From Sphaerodactylus townsendi (Eukaryota): 64,000 bases of DNA. The translations under genes and the position numbers were made by a program. Below are positions 24,531-36,626 of this stretch, one piece after another. The stretch is from the NCBI RefSeq assembly GCF_021028975.2, contig NC_059426.1, forward strand, positions 25,296,001 through 25,360,000, written 5' to 3'. Every line of letters begins with the position of its first letter. Position 1 is the first letter of the stretch. The notes under the pieces are model-generated. The model was not told the DNA's origin and did not search any database. It saw nothing but the letters and a program-made list of their open reading frames with translations.

Positions 24531-27500
24531 TATTTGTCTAAAGAGAAATGATGTAAATCTGTTATAAATACAGTCTGACCAATGTTACCTTCATGAAGAA
24601 AGCAGCGTAGAAAAAAGTGATTATGAAGTAACAGCAATTACAACTAAAGGCTACTCTCCATTGCTGTGAGGAAGCCCAAACTCAGGGCCAAGAACTGTTA
24701 CCAACCTCCAGGTGGGGCCTGGAATTCTCCTATAATTATAGCTGATCTCCAGACTATAGAGATAATTTTCCTGGGAAGAAATGACAAATTCAGAGGGTGT
24801 ATTACATGTAATTATATCCCTGTTGAGCTCCCTCCCTAAACTCCATTCTCCAGAGACACTGCCCACAAATTTTCAGGAACCTTCCCAAGCCAGATCCAGC
24901 AACCCTCCAAAGAGTCTTTGGCAAGAATGTACCTGTTTCTTCCAATTTCACTTAACTGCTTTGTCTGAAATTCTTTTGTTTATGTGGATTTATCCTGCCT
25001 CTATCAACACTTGTAACATGGAATGCAAAAAAATGCCATGACCATAGCTTATTGCTAAACGGAAAGGGATTAGTGCAATCCTAAACAGAGTTACACTCTT
25101 CTAAATCCACTGAAGTCAATGGACTTAGAAGGATGCAACTCTACTGAAGAGCGGCATTGTAAATAGCATGAAACAAAGACATTTGATCCAGCTGAGTGAC
25201 TTCTGCCACTTAAAAGCTGCTTTCCCAACACTTTAAAGGAAATCGGATAAAGACGATATAGGTCAGGACAGCAAGACAAAACAACCCAAGCGATTCACAG
25301 GTTTGAAGACTGGTTCCATTATGTCAGTTTATGGCAGAAATTTGAGCTTGACTCAAGCGGAGCAGAATAGAATCAAAGTCTGCAGAATCAAACAAAGCCT
25401 ATGTCTCTGCAGTTAAAGGAGACCTGATTAAGCAGTTTACACAGTTCAGAAACGATCGGCTCTAAGGGCCTTTTCGCACATGCAGAATAATGCAATTTCA
25501 ATGCACTTTCACAATTGTTTGCTAGTGGATTTTGCTATTTTGAACAGGAAAATCCAGCTGCAAAGTGCACTGACAATGGATTGAAAGTGCATTGTTCTGC
25601 ATATACAAAAGTGCCCTCAGGGAACACCCAGTCCTATTGTTGTGGCAGTGAGGAAATCTTCTCAGAATGGTGAAAAGGACATCACATCCTTTGCCATTCC
25701 AATGGATGACCCCGTAAAGCAAGAAAATGAAGAAGGATAAAAGGTGCTCATGAATCTGCAGAAACCAATTTCAGTGATTTATTTTATGTGTCTTCTATTA
25801 CCTTCCTAAAAATTAAGAGTGCAAATTTACATCTTAGCATGCAAGTCATTGGTCCACTGACCCTCAAGCAATCTTATTTGACAAGCAATCTTATTTTTAA
25901 AAGTACATTATATAATTTCATCATGTAGCTTTTGCACACCCAGTCCTCGCTGCAATCAAAGATTCTTAATGAAGGTCAAAAACCCTAATATAACTCATAA
26001 GCCATGTACTAAATGTTTCTGTAAGATTTTTATGCTCACAAATTAACATTACACAGCTCATGAGTAGGAAGTGGGAACAGAAACTTTCCTTCATTAGGGA
26101 AAATCCTTTTATTATATTTTTTCCCAGAAATATAGCCTATTTTAATAAAGAAATGATATGCTCAGGGTGCTAATAGATTTGTTTTTCATACCTCAAATCA
26201 TACTGAATTTATGTATCTATTTCATTTATAACCCAGCTTTCTCTCCAATGAGGACCCAACGCATCTTACATCGTTGTCTTCAACTCCATTTTATCCTAAC
26301 AACCACGTGAGATACATACAACTGACCCAAAGGAACCCAACTAGCTACCAGGGCAGAGTGAGGCTTGAAACCTGAGATTCACAAATTCCAATTCTGCTAC
26401 CTACAAAATACAGGTTCTTCTGGTATCCTGCTTACTTGATGCCCTATGGGGAAGAATATATGCATTTTCCTACTCCCCACTAATTCTAATCACACCAGTA
26501 CGTCAGTTTTTTCTAATAGTGTCAACCAGTATTTTAGTTTAAAGTGCAAATTGATCTGATGTACCAGCCAAAGCACCTAGTTACCATGGTAGCGAACCTT
26601 TGGCACTCCAGATGTTATGGACTACAATTCCCATCAGCCCCTTCCAGCATGGCCAATTGGCCATGCTGGAAGAGGCTGATGGGAATTGTAGTCCATAACA
26701 TCTGGAGTGCCAAAGGTTCGCCACCTATGATCTAGTATAGCTGACCATTTAGACCTTTATATGGCAGTAGAAAATGCCACATGCTTACTTCCGAACCTCT
26801 TACTATCAGCATACTTCCTGTCTACTTCATCCTTTCTATTCACCCACATTTTCCTGATAATCATCTTGTCTGCGCATGCGCAGTCCTGATAATCCTGATC
26901 TTGAAACTATGCAAACTACACTGCTGTCCACATCCACTTTCAGCAAAATACTGTCTCCCTTGCCTCTCCCTCTCAAATCAGAGAAAAGGGATCAAGCATG
27001 AACATTCCTTCCCCCAAGACATCAAGTAGGCATGATTATTATACGCACAAGGAACATGTGTTTTTCATAAGCAGTGGTTGCTTAACCCACAGCAAAAGAA
27101 TCAAAACTCTTCAGTAGTGTAAAACATACATGTTCAGAGACTCCCTTTAATTCAGTCCTCACACTGAATAAAACAGGACTTATTTTGGAGTAGACCTGTT
27201 TACAACTGTTTCCCTACATCTATTTACATTCTTCATAATTTGGTATGGCTTCAAATCTGCAAGGCAAGCCCACTGTTAATGTAACGTTAACCTGCAGTCA
27301 CAGACAAGCACGCACACACGAACACACAAACACACACCAGTTTTCCAAAGTATCTCATAATGCTGTACTAGAAGTGAAGGAATACTGAGAGCAAAAACCG
27401 AGAACTCTTCCATCTTCAACATTCAGGAAATCTTTCAAAACCAAACTGCGTTTCCTAACCCTGTTTGGTCTTTCTTCAATGATGCTATTAAAATGCAATT

Positions 27501-27631
27501 TCCTTTTTATCGGCCCTTAACCATAACTTGCATTATCTTTACATGAAGGCTTGTAACCCCCCTTGAGTCTCTGAAGTTAAAAGTCAGAGAAGCCGCATGT
27601 AAAGCATATATAAACATAGTACAACTATACA

Positions 27632-27793
27632 NNNNNNNNNNNNNNNNNNNNNNNNNNNNNNNNNNNNNNNNNNNNNNNNNNNNNNNNNNNNNNNNNNNNN
27701 NNNNNNNNNNNNNNNNNNNNNNNNNNNNNNNNNNNNNNNNNNNNNNNNNNNNNNNNNNNNNNNNNNNNNNNNNNNNNNNNNNNNNNNNNNNNN
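27632..27793. other. Assembly gap (162 N) in PLEKHA3 intron 1
   Basis: Run of N. Confidence 1.
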
Positions 27794-27920
27794 CTTTTTT
27801 ATAATTTTGCTTTTTATATAACTTTGTATACTAACAAATAGACTGGCGATAGATAGACAAAGCTGGCCACAGATAATAAAACAGACAAGAAGAGCTCTAT
27901 GTGACTGATTATGTCTAAAA

Positions 27921-28305
27921 CAGGGGTCAGCAACCCGCGGCTCCGGAGCCGCATGCGGCTCTTTCGTCCTCGTACTGCGGCTCCACAGTGGCGACGCCAA
28001 CAACGGCAAGTTCCAAATGGGACGCGGCGAGCGCACCTCCTTCCCCTCCCCCTCCTTCCTTCATTCCTCTCTCCGGTGTCCTTTCCCCTCCTTCTGTCAT
28101 CTGGCGCCTGGGAAGGAGAGGAAAAGATGCCGGAGGGAGGGAGGAGATGCGCTCGCCGCATCCCAAGTGCAACTTGCCATCGTTGGCGTCGCTGCTGCTG
28201 TCTATTCCGCCCGCTTGGCTGAGGGCAGGGCTTGGGGGGGCGGGGGCGGGGCTTGGGGAGGTGGGGCCAAATGGCTCTTTGGGTGCTAAAGGTTGCCGAC
28301 CCCTG
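27921..28305. mobile_element. hAT MITE, same family as 6737-7114
   Basis: Same TIRs; perfect TSD GTCTAAAA. Confidence 0.85.
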
Positions 28306-29152
28306 GTCTAAAACCAAAAGTAGATGCAAGGGTAGGAATGCCAGCTTCCAGGTGGGACCTGGGGATCCCCTGGAATCACATCTCATTTCCAGACTACAGG
28401 GGTCAGCTCCCCTGGAGAAAATGGATGTTCTGGAAGGTGGACTCTGTGGCACTGTATCCCCCTGAAGTCCACGTCTGCCCCAGGCTCCATCCCCAAATCT
28501 CCAGGAATTTCCCAACCTTGATCTGGAAGCCCTACCCCCACATCCCCCTCTGGTGGCCAGGAGGGACCTAGCACCCCTATGCGATGGTGAAGGCCACACT
28601 GATTCTGTATATGTCCGTCCTTTTCATGTCTAAAACCAGATGAGTGGGACAGTCCTACTTTTTACAATGAAATGGGCTCAAAGCTTAGGGAAATTGGACT
28701 TCCTTGTGCTCTGTGACTGGCTGCGTGTCATTTTCCCCCTGCCCAGTTCCAACACCAGGGGCTGAGAAGAAAAGTGCTTCCTGCAAGAGACTTGCGTGAG
28801 AATAAATGCTCAGCTCCCTTCACCCAACTATACATTTTCCTTTAAAAATCAAGCAGCCACTATGCTTTAGATATGAGCAAGTTGGGGACATGGACAAACA
28901 TGGCCACCCTGTCATATCTAATTTAGCCCTGACTTCCCCTCATAAAATGGCAGCCTCTCCCTCCGATTACATAAAATCTAACCCAAAACAGCCTACGTGG
29001 GAAGAAGCAGCTAGAAAAAAAAGAATGACAGCCACTCTACATACCTACCAATTTCAAGAAAGTTTCCAGAGGAAACAAGATTTAGACAAGGGTTTGAGGG
29101 GAGGGGGAATTTAAAAAGAACAGAACACATTTAAGAATCATAAGTGTAACTA

Positions 29153-29609
29153 CCGTATATACTTGGGTATAAGCCAAGTTTTTCAGCCCTATTTCAAGGC
29201 TGAAAAATGCCCCCTCGGCTTATACAGGAGTCACTGCTTACCAGTCAGCTCTTCAGGGGGCGTGGCCGGGACGACCTCCCTGCGGCTGCACAAGCCGCTT
29301 GTTGCTGCCTTCCTCGGAGGGTGAAGGGGAACCCTGGCTGGCTGGACTTCCTGAAACCCCAGGAGACAGAGGGAGCTCCTTATTTGGGCGACCTCCCTCC
29401 ACCTCCTGGCTGGGTTTGAGGAAGCCCAGGCAGCCTGGAGGTGGAGGGAGCTCCTTATTTGGGCAATGACATCAGGGGGAGTCACTGCCCAAATAAGGAG
29501 CTCCCTCTGCCTCCCGGTTTCCCACCTTCCCCTTATATGCGAGTCAATATGTTTTCCCAGGTTTTGGTAGTAAAATTAGGTGCCTCGGCTTATACACGAG
29601 TATATACGG
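29153..29609. mobile_element. Tc1/mariner (pogo/Tc2-like) non-autonomous element
   Basis: TIR CCGTATATACT..GTATAAGCC; TA TSD. Confidence 0.8.
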
Positions 29610-31252
29610 TATAATACAGATGGGTACAACCAGTTCAATGGGCAGTTTAAACACTTCAACAGGGTGACCAAGCACAAGCACAGATTCTACAGCCCAAAAT
29701 GAAAATGGTGGATCCCACACAAGTCAAATATAACAGGTGTAGGATGTGATCTAAACCACTGTTGGGGGGTGGGAGGGGGGTTGCACAGGTCCCATCCCCA
29801 AAACGAGTTTGGCCTGTTTTATTCCCCTCAACCCAGGATTTTTGAAGATCAACCAGTAATCCTTTTGCACAATCCCGAGTTTGAGGCTCTCTCGCGCAAA
29901 CACAACAGACAGGTAGAACAGTTGCTTGGTATGCAGAAGTCCTAAATTCAGTTCCTATCATCTCCAATTAAAAGAATGGGGTGGTAGGTTTTATGAAAGA
30001 CATTTAGTTAAAACCCTGGAGTGATGTTGCCAGCCAGAGTAAGCAATGCTGATCTTGTCAGACCAACAGCCTGCTTCAGTATATTACGTTATTATTGGGA
30101 AGTCCTACTTAATTTCCACTTACACTGTCCAAATTCTTCTTATATTTGCTAATTCATCAACTGTCAAAGAGTGGTCCATACCAACTCTGAGTGAACCGTT
30201 TACTCTTTTGACTGGATCTTGTTTTCACCTCTGCTCTGCAATGTTATATAATACACCTATGTTCTCTGGAAAATTAGGCTATGTTCTTGGTTCTCTTTGC
30301 AATAACATTCCTGCAGCAGAATCAAGAGGACAACTCCTCTGTAATATACATCTGTCAAGCTGCTGATCAGATGCCATGGGAGATATTTCTCCATAACATG
30401 TTAGCAGCCACAAAGTGATGCAAAGGTCCATTCAGCCTCCAGAATTTTGGACCTCCTGATATTTTCAACTTGTGACTTTCGCCTATTTATGGTATATTTC
30501 CTAACAATCACTGCCGGCAACCTGAAAATCCATCTAGAAGACCCCCACAACTTGCCATTTAGGACACAAATATACCCATAAAGCTGTGATAAAATAACAG
30601 TCTTGCTTCTCTAGATCAGTCTTGAAGAAACCTCAGAGATCAAAATTCATCTCAGTTGGGCCTGATCATCACGAATTACAATTTCAAATTATGTTTCCCT
30701 CAGGTAAGAGTCAGGAAGAAATGTTTCATGGTACAAAATACCCATCAATGTCTAGGAATTTATTGCAAAATCAGGGGCAGAACTTTAGAAGTAGTAGCAT
30801 CTAATATCTGTGGCAAGTCATTTAGCACTTTTTAAAAGTCTACATTAAACATAATTATGAAGGAGAAAAAGTACATGATTTAGTAAAACTGTAATATTTC
30901 CAGACATTTTGAAACCGTAGGGAGAAACTGGGGGCAGAGGGTTGAAATATATGCTACACTTACTATCCTATCAAACCTAAACTTCTTCCAGTGATTTAAC
31001 AACATAAAAGACATAATTTACAACTTGGTGAACATATAAAAGTGTACTCCATGTCGTATTTATGGAACTTAATAGTAGTTTTTCCATAATTTTTCCATAA
31101 AAACTGCAAGTTTACCCAAGATGCAAGAAACAGTTGAAAACTGCTGCACTATTTTCCATGCTACTATAAGGCATGGAAAATGTGCCATCTGAGGTAAAGA
31201 AAAAAAAAGTTGAAGGGAGAGAACAAATTCAGTAGTGAACACAAGAAAAGGT

Positions 31253-31947
31253 ATCATAGAATCATAGGCTCCTTCCGCATACGCAAAATAATGCATTTTC
31301 AAACCATTTTCACAACTGTTTGCAAATGGATTTTGCTATTCCGCACTGCTTCAAAGAGCACTGAAAGCAGTTTGAAAGAGCATTATTCTGCATGTGCAGA
31401 ATGAGCCTAGTGTTGGAAGAGACCCCAAGGGCCATCAAGTCCAACCCCCTGCAATACAGGAACACATAATCAAAGCACTCCTGACTGATGGTCATCCAGC
31501 CTCTGTTTAAAAACCTCCAAAGGAGACTCCACCACACTCCGAGGTAGTGCATTCCACTGTCAAACAGTCCTTACTGTTAGGAAGTTTTTCCTGATGTTTA
31601 GGTGGAATCTCTTTTCCTTCACCTTGAACCCATTATTCCTGGTCCTAGTCTCTGGAGCAGAAGAAAACAAGCTTGCTCCCTCACCAACATGACATCCCTT
31701 CAAATATCTAAACATGGCTACCATGTCACCTCTTAACCTCCTCTTCACCAAACCAAACATACTCAGCTCCCTAAGACAGATTCTGCATGGGTGAAAAACA
31801 GTAGTGTGAAAACGATGTGAAACCAGTGTAAACCCTTTTAGACCATTTTACACCGCTGTTTTTCGCCCATGCGGAATCCGCCTCAGTCTCTCCTCATAGG
31901 GCATGGATTCCAGACCTTTTACCATTTTGGTTGCCCTCCTCTGGACC
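31253..31947 (-). mobile_element. CR1 LINE 3' fragment interrupted by two MITEs
   Basis: FGLVKRRLRGDMVAMFRYLKG...RFHLNIRKNFLTVR; ATTCTATG-type 3' tail. Confidence 0.9.
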
Positions 31948-34191
31948 ACTTGGACAGAACCTCTCACACAGTCTAAAAAAGTAGGATTACCAGCACATTC
32001 AGATATTAAGCTAAGTCTTAAAGTTTTGAAAACACTAGCCTCTTTAATAATGTATTATAATTAAATATATTCCATTTTTTTTAATTCTCAAGAAAAAAAC
32101 AGGAGAAAACTACATTGTTCTAGCTCTCCCCCCATCTTTCACATGTTTCTGGTTTGCATATGTATAATATAAAGATCAGCTACGATTGTTGGTACCAAAT
32201 TTGCAGAAAACCTTTGCCAAGAGACAGCAAAGGAGACACCCAAAGGAGGTTTCACCAGTGTGAGGCAGCTCTTTACGTAGCATTTGGAACAGGAATACCC
32301 ATGAATCAATGGTGAATTCATCAGGAGTGACTAGCTGGGATGTTAACATTTTGGAAAGCTGGTGCTTCATATAACAAAGTCAGTCAAAGAGTACATGATC
32401 CTCGCTATAGCAAATGGCAGTAGCAATTCTATAGTAGGTAGCAATCAAAGCCAAAGGCAAAAAATCCCATAGTGTGAAAAGCAGAGCTGTCCTTTGAGAA
32501 GAGATGGGGCAGATCTTGGAGGTGGGGGGGAGATTTACCATTTCCTTGTTCAGTGGTGTAATTTCTGTCTGTTTTTTTAAGCTTCTTAATCGCAATTCTT
32601 GATAGCAATTAAGTTTGGCTGATGATGCATACAGGAGTAGACCTCCTCAGCAAACAAAAGATGGCTCTTTACATTAGTCATCCCAACCAAAAGTTCCTAT
32701 TCTGCAAAAATACTCACGAGGCCCACGCTCAGCGACAAATCGCAGAACCATGAGATTTATCAGGGCACCTCTGACTCAATCACTGTGGGTCTGAAATGTT
32801 CTTCCCACTAAAAATCCTACAGATTAATATCTGCGGAGCCTGTGGAAGTATGGGAATGAAGGATATTAACTAAGGGTTTTCAGGTACAGTAAGAACTAGA
32901 CCGTAATTGCTAAAATTCCACAGTACGCTTTAAATACTTGTCTCAAAATCTCCCAGCCCATTCAAGTACAATCTTTATTACGTGAAATGATGGAGCATCA
33001 TTTGTTCCAAAGACCTGAAAAAGAAGTGGTGTAGGGTCGTGGCTCTGTGGCACAGTACCTGATCTGTAGGCAGAAAGTGCCAAGTTTAATCCTCTCTCGC
33101 ACAGACTCCTGGAGACCTTGCGTACCATGCCATTCCACTATTTGTGTTTTGGTTGGATCTTAGGGCCCAGAAGACAAGAGCTCAATGAGCATGGGCAGAT
33201 GGCAAGCTTACTCACATATTGCCAACTGTAAGGGCTCCACTCTCCTCAGTTGACCTGGCCTGCCATAGGACAACTAAGGCAGACAGCCCAATTGAGGGAA
33301 TTGCTTATTTTGTTACAGGTATGTGGTGGGAACAATAAGAGAGAAAAGAGAGAATTTCCCCAATGTAATGGAAGGGTGTATTAGTTTGTTAATTATGCTA
33401 TACTCCTGATCTGGCCTGTAATAGGAAAAGGAAGGCCCACAGCTCAATTGAGCTAATTGCTTCTTTCTTTGCAGGCCCAAGTTGAAGAAAGCCCTGCAGC
33501 AGCTACACCCTATGCAGAAGAACAGATGGAATGAAGAAATCCTGCATTATTAATTGTTTGGACTTTCTTGCTTTTCTTTATTTACTGTTACTAGTTGTAA
33601 CTGTTTTGAGTGCTTTTCTTAAAAGGCACTGACGATTTTGCATAGTTGAGTTGTGCTTTTTAAATATATACACATATTTGATGTTTTTAGTGACTGTTTT
33701 TAAAGGATGCCTTTTATGGTGGTTTTTAATGGTTATGTTTTTATGATTGTATGCTTTAAAAGGGCTTTTAACCCCATTATGTAAGCCGCCCTGGGACTTC
33801 AGTGTAGGGCTAATGGAATGGAATAAATAAATAAATAAATAATAAAATTATATATATTCACTATTATTTACCCGTAAATGATAGAAAGTTATAGGATTTG
33901 AATTAAAGGTTTAATTTGTTGAAGCAATTCCATATTTGTTTGACAAGCTACAGGGTGCTGTCATTATATTAACTTTTCTAAGTCTCCAGTGGAGATTGAT
34001 GAGCAGCTGCCAATCAGAGTAGGCAATATGGACCTTGGATGATCAATGGAGTGACTGGAAAGCAAGGAAGATCCCACAGCTGAGGCTGCATGAAAGCAGG
34101 CCAAAGAACCTCTCTAGAAACTCTCCCCCCACCCCTGCCCCGGTGCTGACCCGGGTCCCCCACCTCCCCAGCGCCCAGGTGTCCCCCCTAC

Positions 34192-34231
34192 CTGTGATAT
34201 AGTTGGTCCACTTGTACAGAACTCCTTCCAT
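34192..34231 (-). CDS. PLEKHA3: PLEKHA3 (FAPP1) coding exon 1
   Basis: MEGVLYKWTNYIT(G), the start of the FAPP-type PH domain; ACTATGG Kozak context; GT donor at 34191-34190; 40 nt. Confidence 0.96.
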
Positions 34232-35544
34232 AGTTCAAAGCGGCCGCTTGCGCAGCATCCTGGTCTCTCCCTCCTGCACCAGGGTAAGAGCAGCAGAAGC
34301 AAGTGGGGCTCCTCGTGTCGCCTGCTCCCTTCCACGCTCCCAGGCAGCAGCAGCAGCAGCAGCAAAGCTCCTATGGACATGGACAGCTGAGAGGCTTAGC
34401 TCGGGGAGCAGCAGCAGCGGCAGCCGCCTTTGGATCCGGCCGGCTCTGGAGAGGCTGGATTGCGGGCACGTGTAGCAGCAGCGGAGTCATGCATCGCCTG
34501 TGCGCATCCCAGCCGCTGAGGGGGGAAAGAAAGCGATTACCAAAGAAAAGCAAAAAGAGGCAGCTCTGTGCATTGGCTCCGACTGCTGCCCTTGCCTCGC
34601 CGCCAGCCTCTTTCTTTCTTTCCTTTCTCTCCTCCCCCTCCTTTACGTCTGGTTCCCTTGACCTGACGTCTCATTTACTTCCTGGATGAAAGGGGCTGTT
34701 TTAAAAAAAAAAATGGAAAGGGGAGGGGAAACGTGCGCCCGCAGTTTGCATGGCCAAAAAGTCAAGGGGAAGTCGTAACGTAGGCGCGCCTGCGTGCGCT
34801 CCCACCAAACGGGCTTTGCAAATAACCAGAATGCAGGCATTATGTATCCATACCATCCTGCAAGTTACCAGAACGCATGCATTATGGATGCATACCATTC
34901 TGCAAATTACGCACACCACCCCATCTACTGAACACATCTTCCTTCCAGCGCGCCTATCTACAACCTGCAAATCCTATGCCCATTTGTGCGGGATTAAACC
35001 CTGCAACGCTAAAGAGCGTCGCGCATTTTGTCTGCAACGGGTTCAGCCCTCCTTATTCCCGACCCGAACCCGGAGGAATTCAATATTCCAAACAAATGAC
35101 AAATGACATAGTAGGAGCACACCGCTGGTGGGAATTTGGGTTTCAGTGGGATAAATGCCTGGGTTTTGCTGCATGCTTTAAAAGGCGGAGGACAAGCATG
35201 TCCGACGGGCGGCAAACCTGCGATTCTGGCCCATTTGCCCTCCACCAGCCTCCCACTTCCTAGGGGGGTCGATAAGGAAGGAGCCCTGCAGCCACAGCCT
35301 AAAATGGAGCAAATCTGCAAACAACCTACAGAGGAAGGGGAGGAACCAAGGAGGGAGGTCCAAAAGGAGAGGAACGAGGCTTGCTTATAAAGCCGGCAGC
35401 TGGAACATCAGGACTATTTGGGGGGCACGCCCCCGGGGTGACGTCACACAGTGGCAGTGCCACGCAGCCCCGGGAGAAGCGAGGCGCATTCTGACGTTGC
35501 GCTGACACGTCCTTGCAGCTGTTGCAGCGGTGCTGGAGGGCAAG
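34232..35544. promoter_or_regulatory. Head-to-head PLEKHA3/FKBP7 promoter and 5' UTR region
   Basis: Divergent start codons 1.3 kb apart; CpG-rich; CRE palindrome TGACGTCA at 35439-35446, TGACGTC at 34664-34670, TATAAA at 35386-35391. Confidence 0.75.
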
Positions 35545-35762
35545 ATGCGTTTCGGGGCGGCCGCGCTTTGCCTTTGCTTGCAGGCTTTTGCCCTTCTGCC
35601 TCTCCAAGCGGGCGGGCAACTGGGAGGTGCCGCTGCGGACCAAGTGCAGATGGAGGTCTTGCACGCCCCCCAGGAGTGCCACCAAAAGAGCAAGAAAGGC
35701 GATCTGTTGAATGCTCACTACGACGGCTACTTGGCCGCTGATAAATCCAAGTTTTATTGCAG
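35545..35762 (+). CDS. FKBP7: FKBP7 exon 1 (signal peptide and start of FKBP PPIase domain)
   Basis: MRFGAAALCLCLQAFALLPLQAG...EVLHAPQECHQKSKKGDLLNAHYDGYLAADKSKFYC; AAGATGC start; GTGAGC donor; 218 nt. Confidence 0.93.
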
Positions 35763-35872
35763 GTGAGCTCCCTATCCCTCTTTGCTGCGGGGTTTGCGTC
35801 TCCTCTTAACGTACTCACCCCCACCCAATGGGAAAGGTACTTTGCTCCAGTGAAAGACTCCTTGGCTTACAC

Positions 35873-36262
35873 CAGTTTTTGAGACCGAGTGCCCAAATTG
35901 CAACCCAAACCCCACTTATTTATCGCAAAGTGCCAACACGGCAATTTAACCTGAATACTGAGGTTTTAGTTTAGAAAAACCGGTTGGCTCCGAGGCACAC
36001 ATTACTCGGGAGTAAGCTTGGTGAAGCAACCGTGCAACGCTTCGAATGGGTGAATCACGACCCTAGGAGGGTTTACTCAGAAGCAAGCCCCATTGCCAGC
36101 AAACGAGATTACTCCCAGGTAAAGGATTGTGCCCATGCGAGCCTAGATGTATGTGGGGGGGTGATTTTCCACCCCCTCCACATGATGAACTCTGCATGTG
36201 TGCCCACAGAAAGGGCTCTGAGTGCTCTCTTTGGCACACGTGCCATAGGTTCGCCAGCACTG
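35873..36262. mobile_element. hAT non-autonomous element in FKBP7 intron 1
   Basis: Right TIR GGTTCGCCAGCACTG; left TIR partly deleted; perfect TSD GCTTACAC. Confidence 0.8.
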
Positions 36263-36490
36263 GCTTACACCATGAAAAGGACCCACCTTTTAGCCGGCTA
36301 GAACCTTTGGATCCAACCTAGCATCTAGAATACTGAATCACAATGTCCAGAGGTGTAGTGAAGCCAAAGCAGGCAATTGGAAGCCGCTCTGTAAGATAAA
36401 GGTGTGATGCCCAATATTTCTTTACCAGAGATATCAAGCCAACAGAAGAGAGTTTTAAGTAGCTTTATTTGCAAAGAAAGGGGAGCCGCC

Positions 36491-36626
36491 CAGGGGTGGG
36501 ATTCAGCAGGTTCGCACCACTTCGGCAGAACTGGTTATTAAAATGGTGCTTGTAAACAACCAACTGATAACTTATTTGAATCCCACCACCTGAACCGGTT
36601 GTTAAATTATTTGAATCCCACCACTG
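36491..36626. mobile_element. hAT MITE
   Basis: TIR CAG(G/T)GGTGGGATTCA; TSD GAGCCGCC/GAGCCGTC. Confidence 0.8.

Noticed and set aside
27814-28599. 261-aa ORF and overlapping ORFs; similar cluster at 6762-7133
   Set aside because: They fall inside GC-rich non-autonomous hAT MITEs with TSDs, have low-complexity translations and show no domain
30046-30804. Possible coding relic in PLEKHA3 intron 1
   Set aside because: No recognisable motif and no splice-consistent exon
34203-35824. Many overlapping ORFs across the PLEKHA3/FKBP7 promoter
   Set aside because: Expected in GC-rich, stop-poor CpG-island DNA; only the two real first exons and the uORFs are supported
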